Shown: one piece after another, positions 19,249 to 27,660 of the stretch
Position numbering within the stretch: the stretch's first letter is position 1
How the letters are laid out: each line of letters opens with the position of its first letter
Source of the DNA: an archaeon
GTDB lineage: Archaea > Thermoproteota > Nitrososphaeria > Nitrososphaerales > Gagatemarchaeaceae
Direction: 5' to 3'
DNA: 64,000 nucleotides
Assembly (NCBI GenBank): GCA_021796515.1
Contig: JAKACC010000003.1
Span: 458 to 64,457 of the forward strand
Translations under genes and position numbers: made by a program
The notes under the pieces: generated by a model
What the model was told of the DNA's origin: nothing
The model's database searches: none
The model's input: only the letters and a program-made list of their open reading frames with translations

Positions 19249-21069
19249 ATGGCGGCGCTCGACTTCGGTTACCTGACTGTCTACCTCCTCTCTCTGGCGA
19301 GCGTCGTCTTCGCGGGCCTCATGGTGGTGCGCCGCTCCAAGGCGACCTCAGTCAGCATCGGCCCAAGGCGGCTTCTGGGTCTAGCCAAAGACGAGACCCG
19401 CAGGCTGATGTCAGGGGACCCGGTCTTCCTGATGCACCTTTCGATAGCCTTGGGCATCGGAGTGACGATAGCCAACGCGGTCATGGACCCCGGGATGGGA
19501 TACCTCTACCCCCTGAAGGTCCTGTTCTTGGTGGTCTCTGTCCCTCTGACCGCGGGGCTCATAGCTTCCTTCGTCTGGCGGGTCCAGGTGTACTCCAGGA
19601 GCAAGAAGGAAGAGAGGAAGCTGGGGGCGTCAGGGAAGTTCACATCTGCCTCCACCTTCCTCCAGGTCGTCCTCATGCTCGCGATAGGGCTGACCACCTC
19701 GGAACTTGTCCTCCTCTGGTTCCCGTCGATGGTCTATGCAGACCTGCTGCTGGGCGCGCTCAGGAACTCCCTGGTTGCTGTCTACTACAGCAGGCCGAGC
19801 GTCAACCTGGTGGGAGGGTTCGACAGGCCGCTGTCGGCGCTCAAGACCCCGTTCAACCTGGCCGACGTGATGTCGGGGAAGACAGACGCTTCCCAGATCA
19901 GCGTGGGGGTGAGCAAAGTCTCAGAGTTCGACCGCTCCCAGCGCCTCACGTTCGATTCGTGCGTCGAGATCGGAGCGTGCGAGGCCGCCTGCCCGGCCAC
20001 TGCCGCCGGCCGCCCCCTGTCACCCCGGGTGCTCGTGAGGAAAGTGAGTCTGCTGGCCCGCGGTCCGGATGCCGGAGCCAGTCCTTTCAGCGCCGTCGGG
20101 GAGGACGAGCTCTGGTCCTGCACTTCCTGCGGCGCCTGCATGGCCAGCTGCCCTGTAAGCGTCAAGCACCTCGACATAATCTACGAGCTAAGGCGGGACC
20201 TGGTCACGAAAGGGAAGGTGGACAAGGAGAAGGCCGCCCTGCTGGAGAACCTGGCCCAGAGCCAGAACCCCTACGGGTTGAAGAACGCGAGCAGGGCGGA
20301 CTGGGCCCGGGAGGTCGGGGTCGGCACACTGGCCTCAGAGCCAGGGGCGGAATACCTCTACTGGGTCGGGTGCATCTCGTCCTTCGACCAGAGGGCGCAG
20401 AGGATAGCCAGGGCGCTTTCGAAGATACTCAGGCAGGCAGGGGTCTCCTTCGCGATACTCGGGGGGGAGGAGATGTGCGTGGGGGACCCAGCCCGACGTC
20501 TGGGGGAAGAGGGGAGGTACCAGGAGCTTGCCCTGCAGAACATCGAGAAGCTCAACTCCTACGGGGTGAGAAAGATAATCGCCACCTGCCCCCACTGCTA
20601 CAACACGCTCAAGAACGAGTATCCCCAGTTTGGCGGGAACTACGACGTCGTGTACCACACGCAGCTCATCTCAGACCTCATCCGGGAAGGGAAGGTGAAG
20701 GTCCCCCCGGAGAAGGTCCAAAGCATCTCTGTGACCCTGCACGACGCCTGCTATGCTTCGAGGTACAACAGCGTGTTCGACGAGCCCAGGGAGATCCTGG
20801 GCGCCACCGTCTCGGACGTCAGAGAGATGGGTAGGAGGAAGGAGAAAACTTTCTGCTGCGGGGCAGGAGGCTCCAACTACTGGTACAAGGTCCCCCAGCA
20901 GAAGTCGATAGCCGGGATAAGGGCCGAGGAGGCCTCCGAGACCGGCGCGAAGACGGTGGCGACCGAGTGCCCGTTCTGCCTTTCCATGCTGGACGACGCC
21001 ACTAAGGTGGCGGAAACCGGGATGGACGTGCGTGACGTGGCAGAGATAGTGGCCGACTGCATCTCCTGA
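19249..21069 (+). CDS. membrane-anchored Fe-S oxidoreductase (HdrD/GlpC-like, CCG domains); candidate ETF:quinone oxidoreductase
   Basis: About 5 N-terminal TM helices. Two ferredoxin-type motifs (CVEIGACEAACP, CTSCGACMASCP). Two Cys-rich CCG-type regions (VGCISSF...CPHCYNT; FCCGAGG...CPFC). Lies 53 nt downstream of etfA. Confidence 0.85.
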   Translation: MAALDFGYLTVYLLSLASVVFAGLMVVRRSKATSVSIGPRRLLGLAKDETRRLMSGDPVFLMHLSIALGIGVTIANAVMDPGMGYLYPLKVLFLVVSVPLTAGLIASFVWRVQVYSRSKKEERKLGASGKFTSASTFLQVVLMLAIGLTTSELVLLWFPSMVYADLLLGALRNSLVAVYYSRPSVNLVGGFDRPLSALKTPFNLADVMSGKTDASQISVGVSKVSEFDRSQRLTFDSCVEIGACEAACPATAAGRPLSPRVLVRKVSLLARGPDAGASPFSAVGEDELWSCTSCGACMASCPVSVKHLDIIYELRRDLVTKGKVDKEKAALLENLAQSQNPYGLKNASRADWAREVGVGTLASEPGAEYLYWVGCISSFDQRAQRIARALSKILRQAGVSFAILGGEEMCVGDPARRLGEEGRYQELALQNIEKLNSYGVRKIIATCPHCYNTLKNEYPQFGGNYDVVYHTQLISDLIREGKVKVPPEKVQSISVTLHDACYASRYNSVFDEPREILGATVSDVREMGRRKEKTFCCGAGGSNYWYKVPQQKSIAGIRAEEASETGAKTVATECPFCLSMLDDATKVAETGMDVRDVAEIVADCIS

Positions 21070-21078
21070 CACCCCGGG

Positions 21079-22869
21079 CTAGGCGCTCCTGAGCACTTTG
21101 CCCCCTCCCGCCGGGAGCGCCCTCTGCACCTCCTCTATTGTCACGGCCCGCTGCACCTCCGGGCCCTCGAACTTCTTGAGGACCTTCTTCGCAGTCTCCG
21201 ACCCCTTTTCGTTGTGCGGCCTTAGGACCACGTAGTGAGGGCACCTCAGTTTCACCGCCCCCTCGGGCCCCCCCATGACGCGCCCGTCTCCGTCCATCCC
21301 CAAGGCGACCTCGACTAGGACCTTGGAGACGAAGTTCTTCTTCCCCTTGATCGCGAAGCTGCCTCTGGGGAGATACTCTCCGCTGGGCGCTGACGAGCTG
21401 ACCTGGTCAGGCCCGACCCAGTAGGCGTCCGCCGACCCCAGCCCTGTCTTCCAGGCGCTGCTGAAAGCGACCGTGGCCTGGGCGACCTCCTTGACCTCCT
21501 CTTCCGTCTGCGCCGCTCCCCCTTTCAGGATGAAGAATGGGGAACCGAAGAGGTCAGCGTGAAACACCGTGTCCTTCTCCTCCAGGTGCCTGCCGAGAAG
21601 GTAGGCGTTGGTCTGCGCATCCCTCCCTCCGACGGCCAGCTTCCCTCCGCTGGTAACGAACCACCTGAACTTCTCGTACCACTCCCCCCTCGCCCTCGAG
21701 AGCCGCCTCGCGTCTGGTTTCCTGACAGGGCCTGCCCGGGCCGCTCTCTTTTCGAGCTTTGTCGCAGCCTCCAGGTCGTTGGCGGACTTCGCTTCGAGCT
21801 CCTTCGCCCGGTCGTAGAGCGCGGACGCGGCGGCGGCAGGAGATGACAGGGGCTTCGCCGGCTTCAGGCCGGCGCCTTCCACCTGCCTGACCGCTTCCTC
21901 TACCGTCGCGGACCTTGCGGCCACGGCGGCGCCCCTCGCCCTCGCAGCGTCAGCCAGTAGAGCATCAGACTCGCGCCTCAGCTTGGCGGCGGTCGCAAGG
22001 AGCTCCAAGCGCTTCGACTCCTCAGGTCCGGGCTCGGGGGTGGCCTCGGTCGCCTCCCTGAGGAGGAGGGAGTCGCAGAGTTCCGACATCGTCCGCGCCT
22101 GGGTCTTCACGCTCAGCCCCTGGGGAGGGAACGCGTAGATTTCGTCGCCGTCGGAGGTCGCGCAGACGCAGGGCTTGGGAGAGTCGCGAGCCTCCGAGAC
22201 CATCCCTGACAGGACCGCCGCCATCTCCTCTTCTCTGCCTGCAAGGGAGGCGGAAGGCGCGCCTTCTTCTGTCCCAAGCCTCCGAAGCGCCTCGGCGACG
22301 TACTTCCTCGGAAGCGCCACGTGCCTCCCGATCGCCTTACCCAGCGTCGGCTCTTTGGCGAGGATCTCCCTGGCTTCGCCCGGGCCGACGTCTAGGGGGC
22401 TGATCCTCCCCTGTTTCGGCGGGGTGTAGTTCACCCCCTTCGCCACGACCCTCGACTTCGCCCGGACATCGTGCTGTGCCAGGGCGACCTTTCCCTCGGC
22501 GTCGAGGACGACGATGTTACCCGGCGGCATCATCTCTATCATCACCTTCCGACTTTCCCTCCCCTGAAAGTCCAGCTCGAAGACCCTGTCAAGGCCGAGC
22601 TGAGAGGACCCCGTGAACCGCGCCCTTTCGAGCTCCGACCTCAGCCTTGAGGTGAAGCCGGAAGTCTCAGCGCGCTGGCTGACGTCGGACGAGATCCAGA
22701 CCCCCGTCTTCGGAGAGGCGACGAGCCAGGTTTCCTCGCCTCCCGGCTTCCGGAGCCGGAAGATCTGTGACTCTCCGGCGCTATAGATGTTGTTCACATA
22801 GCATCCTAGGAGCCTCTCGTGCAGCTCCTTGACCAAGACGGCCACCTCGATACCTGAGAGCTCAGCCAT
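21079..22869 (-). CDS. NFACT-family RNA-binding protein (Rqc2/RqcH/FbpA homologue)
   Basis: NFACT-N-like N-terminus (MAELSGIEVAVLVKELHERLLG..), a central Ala-rich coiled coil, and an NFACT-R-like part (WFVTSGGKLAVGGRDAQTNAYLL, DTVFHADLFGSPFFILK). ATG 22869 is preferred over ORF-track start 22998. Confidence 0.85.
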   Translation of the reverse strand: MAELSGIEVAVLVKELHERLLGCYVNNIYSAGESQIFRLRKPGGEETWLVASPKTGVWISSDVSQRAETSGFTSRLRSELERARFTGSSQLGLDRVFELDFQGRESRKVMIEMMPPGNIVVLDAEGKVALAQHDVRAKSRVVAKGVNYTPPKQGRISPLDVGPGEAREILAKEPTLGKAIGRHVALPRKYVAEALRRLGTEEGAPSASLAGREEEMAAVLSGMVSEARDSPKPCVCATSDGDEIYAFPPQGLSVKTQARTMSELCDSLLLREATEATPEPGPEESKRLELLATAAKLRRESDALLADAARARGAAVAARSATVEEAVRQVEGAGLKPAKPLSSPAAAASALYDRAKELEAKSANDLEAATKLEKRAARAGPVRKPDARRLSRARGEWYEKFRWFVTSGGKLAVGGRDAQTNAYLLGRHLEEKDTVFHADLFGSPFFILKGGAAQTEEEVKEVAQATVAFSSAWKTGLGSADAYWVGPDQVSSSAPSGEYLPRGSFAIKGKKNFVSKVLVEVALGMDGDGRVMGGPEGAVKLRCPHYVVLRPHNEKGSETAKKVLKKFEGPEVQRAVTIEEVQRALPAGGGKVLRSA

Positions 22870-23080
22870 CTGTGGTTCCCCTTCTGGGCTGTCAAATCCG
22901 ACACCGGTCTTAAGGATGAGCTCCTCTATACCCTTCCGTCCGGGGGGCAAAGGTGCGAGCCGGGAACCGGGGCACTTCCGCCTGCCTCGCCCGACCACTC
23001 AGGGGGTCTAACGAACGTTTCTCACGTCAGTCTCTGAAACATTATAAACGCAGTTACCGCCGAGCGGTCGGGTCTTTTCT

Positions 23081-23410
23081 TTGACCAGCGCCAAGACGCC
23101 CAAGCTGGAGGGCGCAGCGACGAAAGCTAACCCGCCGCCCGCATTTGACAGGCTGTATTGGATGAGAATCGGCTTGGCGGGCCTCGGGGGGGTTCTGACA
23201 GAGTTCTTGGTTGGGACCGACTGGCTCACCGGTGTCAGCATCGGGATGGCCTTCTATCTGGTCTCCTACTACGCCGCCTGGTTCGGTTGGTACAGAGGCC
23301 TCCCGAAGGAGCAGCAGGGAAAGATCTACACCACAGGCATAGGAGGTTTCGTGATGGTGTTCCTGTTCACGTGGATGATCTTCTTCACTCTGCAGAACGC
23401 TGGCTACTAG
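23081..23410 (+). CDS. small 2-3 TM membrane protein, EMC6/Rab5ip-like
   Basis: GLAGLGGVLTEFLVGTDWLTG and IYTTGIGGFVMVFLFTWMIFFTL resemble the two Gly-rich TM helices of the EMC6 family. ATTATAAA box at 23041-23048; TTG start at 23081. Confidence 0.45.
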   Translation: MTSAKTPKLEGAATKANPPPAFDRLYWMRIGLAGLGGVLTEFLVGTDWLTGVSIGMAFYLVSYYAAWFGWYRGLPKEQQGKIYTTGIGGFVMVFLFTWMIFFTLQNAGY

Positions 23411-23720
23411 CGGCTAGCTTCGAGTAGCTCACCAGGACCTCGGCGTACCCCCGGTCGAAGTCGTCCGCCATCTGGCTCCCAGAGACCGTCTTCGCCGCCC
23501 TCTCCAGCCTGGAGCCGTCCCAGGTCTGCATGGTCCCTTCCTTCCCTTTCGATATGCTCGTCAGGATGCCCGAGGCCGCAAGGAGGCCCCCACGTTCCCT
23601 TTCCGTCCTGACCTCCGGCATCAGCGCCTGTATCTTCCTCTTGGCATCTTCCAGATCGGACTTCGCGATTGATTCCAGTATGGATGTTATGTTCGCCTGC
23701 ACGACTTTGGCCGTGAACAC
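23385..23720 (-). CDS. hypothetical protein
   Basis: 111-aa ORF with ordinary amino-acid composition. No family recognised. Its 3-prime end overlaps the convergent gene by 26 nt. Confidence 0.4.
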   Translation of the reverse strand: MFTAKVVQANITSILESIAKSDLEDAKRKIQALMPEVRTERERGGLLAASGILTSISKGKEGTMQTWDGSRLERAAKTVSGSQMADDFDRGYAEVLVSYSKLAASSQRSAE

Positions 23721-23886
23721 AACCGCTGTGACGATATTTAACCTTCCTTAATCAGGTGATTTAGATTGCTACACCTTGATGTCCAGCGCCTTTGACAAGA
23801 CCCGGGCTACTGGCAGACGCTGATGGGGGAGGACAGCACGTCGGTCCCATCGACCGCGACCGCGCATGTGCTCAGGCGAAGCATGG

Positions 23887-24567
23887 TCAGATTACCCCTG
23901 CGGCCCCCATCTGGAGGACCGCCTGGCGCCCCGAGCCCAGCATCGTCGCCCTCACAGCCGTCCCCTGCCTTTCGAGCAGCACGGAGGCGTGGACCAGTTG
24001 CGCCACGGTCTTCCCCCCGATGCGGATGTCCATCGTCGGGCCAAAGGTGACCCTGTTGGTCAAGAGATAGGCTCTCTCGTTGAGATAGGCGTCCCTCGCC
24101 ATTTCGCTGAGGTGGACACCGAGGGACGCCTGCCTGCTCGGGAGGTTCGCCTTCCCAGGGAGCTCCAACGAGAAGTTGCGGGTGAGGGTATCCACGACCA
24201 CGAGCCTGCAGCCGGCGGTGGAGCTCCTCGACTGCATCCTGCGCACCGTTTCGACCTGCTCTGCCGCAGAGTCCGACCGCACGAAAATCACACGCTGCAA
24301 AGCGCCTTCCATCTGCCACCCGCGGGCACGGGCGATCTGCTCGAGCCTCTCGGGTCTGAAACCTCCTTCCGTGTCAACGTACAGCACGCCGTCCCCCCTC
24401 ACCGCCGCCTGGAGCGCGGCCTGCATCGCAAGCTGCGACTTCCCGCTGTTGCTCCTCCCGAAAAGCTCCGTCATCGTCCCCGTCCTGTATCCTCCGCCGA
24501 GCATCTTGTCCAGCCCGGGGGACCCCGAGCTGAAGTACCTGGACGAAGCGAACTTCCTGATCGCCAT
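23887..24567 (-). CDS. radB: RecA-superfamily ATPase RadB
   Basis: SGSPGLDKMLGGGYRTGTMTELFGRSNSGKSQ (Walker A) and LVVVDTL (Walker B); short RadA paralogue length. ATG 24567 is preferred over 24627. Confidence 0.8.
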   Translation of the reverse strand: MAIRKFASSRYFSSGSPGLDKMLGGGYRTGTMTELFGRSNSGKSQLAMQAALQAAVRGDGVLYVDTEGGFRPERLEQIARARGWQMEGALQRVIFVRSDSAAEQVETVRRMQSRSSTAGCRLVVVDTLTRNFSLELPGKANLPSRQASLGVHLSEMARDAYLNERAYLLTNRVTFGPTMDIRIGGKTVAQLVHASVLLERQGTAVRATMLGSGRQAVLQMGAAGVI

Positions 24568-24668
24568 GTCTGCCCCCTCAGAGTTTCCAGCCGTCGCTTT
24601 CCGCCCCGTTTCATCTCCTTTCCGCACCGATGTCCTTTTAACCGTGATTCGGTGCCCAAAATGCCACA

Positions 24669-24929
24669 GTGAGCCCTCAGCTACCCCAGCCCCAGCAGCA
24701 GACCCGGCGGCCGCTCGCCTACCTCCAGAAGGCGGTGAACAAGCAGGTCGCGGTCAGGCTCAAGAGCGAGATCGAGTACAGGGGAAAGATGTCCAACGTC
24801 GATCCATACATGAACGTCATACTGGTCGACGCCGAGGAGTCGGAGAACGGCACCAAGGTGGCCAACTACGGCAAGGTTGTGATCAGGGGGAACAACGTCC
24901 TCTACGTCAGGATAGAAGACAGGCTGTAG
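24669..24929 (+). CDS. Sm-like archaeal protein (LSm/SmAP)
   Basis: Sm1/Sm2 pattern: VAVRLKSEIEYRGKMSNVDPYMNVILVDAEE...YGKVVIRGNNVLYV. TTTTAA box 31-36 nt upstream of GTG 24669. Confidence 0.9.
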   Translation: MSPQLPQPQQQTRRPLAYLQKAVNKQVAVRLKSEIEYRGKMSNVDPYMNVILVDAEESENGTKVANYGKVVIRGNNVLYVRIEDRL

Positions 24930-24937
24930 AGGAAAGG

Positions 24938-25699
24938 CTAGCCGGGGCTCTCCGCGTTGCCCACGACATACTCGAACGCCTTCTCGGCTTCTGACTCGAC
25001 CCCGTAAGCCCTCTTGAAGAACGTCTCCACCACCTTCACGTCGTGCATCAGGAGTTCCTTGGCGTTCGGGTGTGACGTCCCGACCGCCTGTGGCCAGTCG
25101 ATGAGCCATACGGCGGCGCCGTCCGTCAGAATGTTGTACTCGCTCAGGTCCGCGTTGACCAGCCCGGCGTCGAGGTAAGCCCTCCTCATAAGGCCCAGCG
25201 TCGTCTTCAGCATCCCTTCCGGGTCCTGCAGGTAGGGGCGCTGAGAGAGCCTCACCCCTGACACCTCCTCTAGGAGCACGGTGCTCCTGCTGTACGCCAC
25301 GGCCCGGGGGAAGGAGGGGGAGAGGCCATCGAGCTTCCGCAGCGCCTGATACTCTCTCCTGGCCGCGCCGTAGTTGGCGGTGACCCAGCTCCTGAATTCC
25401 GCGGTCTCCTTGACCCTCTTCTTCCTGACGCTCGTGAAGCTGACCCTCCCTATCTTGTAGAGCTTGAGGGCGTAGACCGTCCCCTCCTCCGTCAGCGCTT
25501 CGTAGACGTCCGACTCCTTCCCCTTGGCTATGACCGCCCCTAGGGCGAAGATGAGGTCCTTCTTCACGTAGTCTTTGAGCGCCATGACCTCCACCCCCTC
25601 CCTCGTCATCGCGAACCCGTGCCCCTTCCGCATGACCAGCCCCTTCTTTTCCAGGGCGTCTGTGGCGAACAGGACCCGCTCGAGGGGGAGGCGGCTCAT
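24938..25699 (-). CDS. RIO-type serine protein kinase Rio2 (5-prime end probably further upstream, see findings)
   Basis: Winged-helix remnant followed by the RIO kinase core (GKESDVYEAL, FRSW..AARREYQALRKL, VNADLSEYNIL, LIDWPQAV). Confidence 0.85.
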   Translation of the reverse strand: MSRLPLERVLFATDALEKKGLVMRKGHGFAMTREGVEVMALKDYVKKDLIFALGAVIAKGKESDVYEALTEEGTVYALKLYKIGRVSFTSVRKKRVKETAEFRSWVTANYGAARREYQALRKLDGLSPSFPRAVAYSRSTVLLEEVSGVRLSQRPYLQDPEGMLKTTLGLMRRAYLDAGLVNADLSEYNILTDGAAVWLIDWPQAVGTSHPNAKELLMHDVKVVETFFKRAYGVESEAEKAFEYVVGNAESPG

Positions 25700-25915
25700 G
25701 CGGGCGACCCTCCCGGCGTCAGCGGTGCCGTACCCTGAGGCGGAACGCTCTAGCCCCGCAAGAGTCCTCCACTCTTCGTCCTTGACCGATTTCAGGACTC
25801 TGGCCGCGTTCTCCGTGGTGGACAGCTTGTTCTCCGGCTCGCGTCCCTCGCCCCCCTAATCAAGCCTATCAGGAGGGTGCCGGAGCGGCCGTCGTGGGCT
25901 CCACCGGGGAGCTGG

Positions 25916-26926
25916 TCACTTCAGCCCGCGCCGCACCGCGCGGTCATAGGCCGCCCAGTATGGGTCCGGTCCTCCAGGTGCGACCCTCTTCTGAGACCCT
26001 TTGAGCCGCAGTCCTCCGCTGCGCTCCACCGTCCCTATCTCTGTGAGCTCTATCTTCGCCTTGGACATCGCCTTCGCGAGGTCCCGGACCCTCGAAGGGG
26101 AGCAGGTGATGAGAAGCGCCCCCTCCCCCATGGTCTTTAGGGGATCGACCCCGAACGCGCCGCAGACGGCCTTCGCCTCCGGTGCCACCGGGATCTCCTC
26201 CGCGTCGACCTTGAAGCCTCGGCCGGAGGCCCAGGCCATCTCTTCGAGGGCGCCCAAAACGCCCCCCTCGGTCGCGTCGTGCATGGACGTCACTCCATGG
26301 CTCACGAGCCCGGCGCTCCTGGCGGACCTGGCATCCTCGACGGTAGTGCACTGGCGGGCGAGCCCGGCGGCGCGAGCGGCGGCTGCCGTTCCGACCTTCT
26401 CGGCAGTGAATAGCGGGAACGACATGGCGAGGGAGGCTGTCGCCTCTATGCCGGCGTGTTTGGTGACCAGTATCGCGTCGCCTTCGCGAGCCATCGAAGG
26501 CGTGACGTAGGACCCCTCCGATGCGAAACCCAGCATCGACCCGGAGCCTATGACCGTGTAACCGCCTCCGGGATAGCTCCCTGTGTGGCCCGCGGCGACT
26601 GCGACGCCGAGCTTGCGGCACTCGTCTCCGACCGAGGCCACGTACAGCTCCCTTTCCGGTTCCGCCATCTCTCTAGGGAAGTTATATGAGAAGACCGAGA
26701 ACTGCGGGTCGATCCCGGAGGCTGTGAAGTCGGAGGCGACGAGGTGGACGCTGAGCCAGGCCGAGAGCTCCATCCCGAAGGCAGGGACGGCTGATATCGG
26801 GTCGACCGTGACGATGAGCACCCTTCCGTTCCCAGCTTCCATGACGGCGTTGTCGAGGCCCCTCCCGGGCCCGACCCTGAGCCTGCGCGTCGGCCGGCCG
26901 AGATGGCCATAGACCGCGCGCTCCAT
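25916..26926 (-). CDS. AIR synthase-related (PurM/HypE/ThiL superfamily) protein
   Basis: GLDNAVME...VTVDP N-domain and MHDATEGGVLGALEEMA C-domain signatures of the PurM superfamily. Alternative start at 26986. Confidence 0.75.
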   Translation of the reverse strand: MERAVYGHLGRPTRRLRVGPGRGLDNAVMEAGNGRVLIVTVDPISAVPAFGMELSAWLSVHLVASDFTASGIDPQFSVFSYNFPREMAEPERELYVASVGDECRKLGVAVAAGHTGSYPGGGYTVIGSGSMLGFASEGSYVTPSMAREGDAILVTKHAGIEATASLAMSFPLFTAEKVGTAAAARAAGLARQCTTVEDARSARSAGLVSHGVTSMHDATEGGVLGALEEMAWASGRGFKVDAEEIPVAPEAKAVCGAFGVDPLKTMGEGALLITCSPSRVRDLAKAMSKAKIELTEIGTVERSGGLRLKGSQKRVAPGGPDPYWAAYDRAVRRGLK

Positions 26927-27026
26927 GAATCGCACCCCTTCCTTCCCTAGAGAACCTGTCTGTCGGGGTGTGCCGGGCCGAGCCAATCAAATCACCGACG
27001 GCGCGCTCATCTTCCAGGCCACGGGA

Positions 27027-27608
27027 CTACCCGAACCCCAGCCTCTTGAACGCGGGGGCAGCCACCTTAATGATGTAGAGCACCACAGGCACGTAGACCA
27101 CCTGGAACATGGTCGAAGGTATGTCGGGGAATGCCGTCCAGAACGCCGTGGCGGCGTCGGTCGGCGAGCCATAGCCGAAGAGCCCGTAGGCATAGAACGC
27201 CCAGTCGGAGAGGAAGAACCCCAGGGTCTCGTAGACCGTCGCCGCCACCATCGCGAGCGCGAGCGTCTTCGTCCCCCTCTTCCTCGCCCAGTAGACGAAC
27301 AGTATCTCGGGTCCCGTCGCCCACACCATCCCGAACGGATAGATGGGGGACCCGCCGGCTTTGTAGGCGACGTTGAGCGCCTCCCCCAGGAACCCCCCCA
27401 GCGCGGTCGCGGTGAATGACGTCGCGGGGTCGGTGAAATAGGCGAGCGTCAGGAAGACTATGGGAGACCAGATGATCTCGAATACGGGGGGAGGGATCGG
27501 GACCGAGAAGAGCGTGCCCATCGCCACCAGGGCGGTGAATACCGCTACGACGGCGAGCCTGGTGCTCCTGCCGGGGGACTTCTCCCGAGTCTCTTCGATG
27601 GCTCCCAT
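27027..27608 (-). CDS. multi-TM protein, ECF-transporter S-component-like (candidate vitamin/thiamine-precursor transporter)
   Basis: About 6 hydrophobic helices and about 190 aa. Divergent from the ThiR-like gene. ATG 27608 is preferred because the ORF-track start 27653 lies inside the promoter palindrome. Confidence 0.45.
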   Translation of the reverse strand: MGAIEETREKSPGRSTRLAVVAVFTALVAMGTLFSVPIPPPVFEIIWSPIVFLTLAYFTDPATSFTATALGGFLGEALNVAYKAGGSPIYPFGMVWATGPEILFVYWARKRGTKTLALAMVAATVYETLGFFLSDWAFYAYGLFGYGSPTDAATAFWTAFPDIPSTMFQVVYVPVVLYIIKVAAPAFKRLGFG

Positions 27609-27631
27609 GGCGGGGCGGGGATGGGGAAGGT

Positions 27632-27658
27632 TATAAATGACTAAATAAGTCACTTATA
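27632..27658. promoter_or_regulatory. 27-bp near-perfect palindrome overlapping a bidirectional TATA box (candidate ThiR operator)
   Basis: TATAAATGACT-AAATA-AGTCACTTATA: 11-nt arms with one mismatch. TTATAA (27631-27636) lies 23-25 nt from both ATG 27608 (-) and ATG 27661 (+). Confidence 0.5.
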
Positions 27659-27660
27659 CA

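Noticed and set aside
19242-20834. 530-aa ORF in an alternative plus-strand frame over the Fe-S oxidoreductase gene
   Set aside because: Extremely R/G/P-rich with no motifs. The overlapping frame starting at 19249 carries the TM helices, ferredoxin motifs and CCG motifs.
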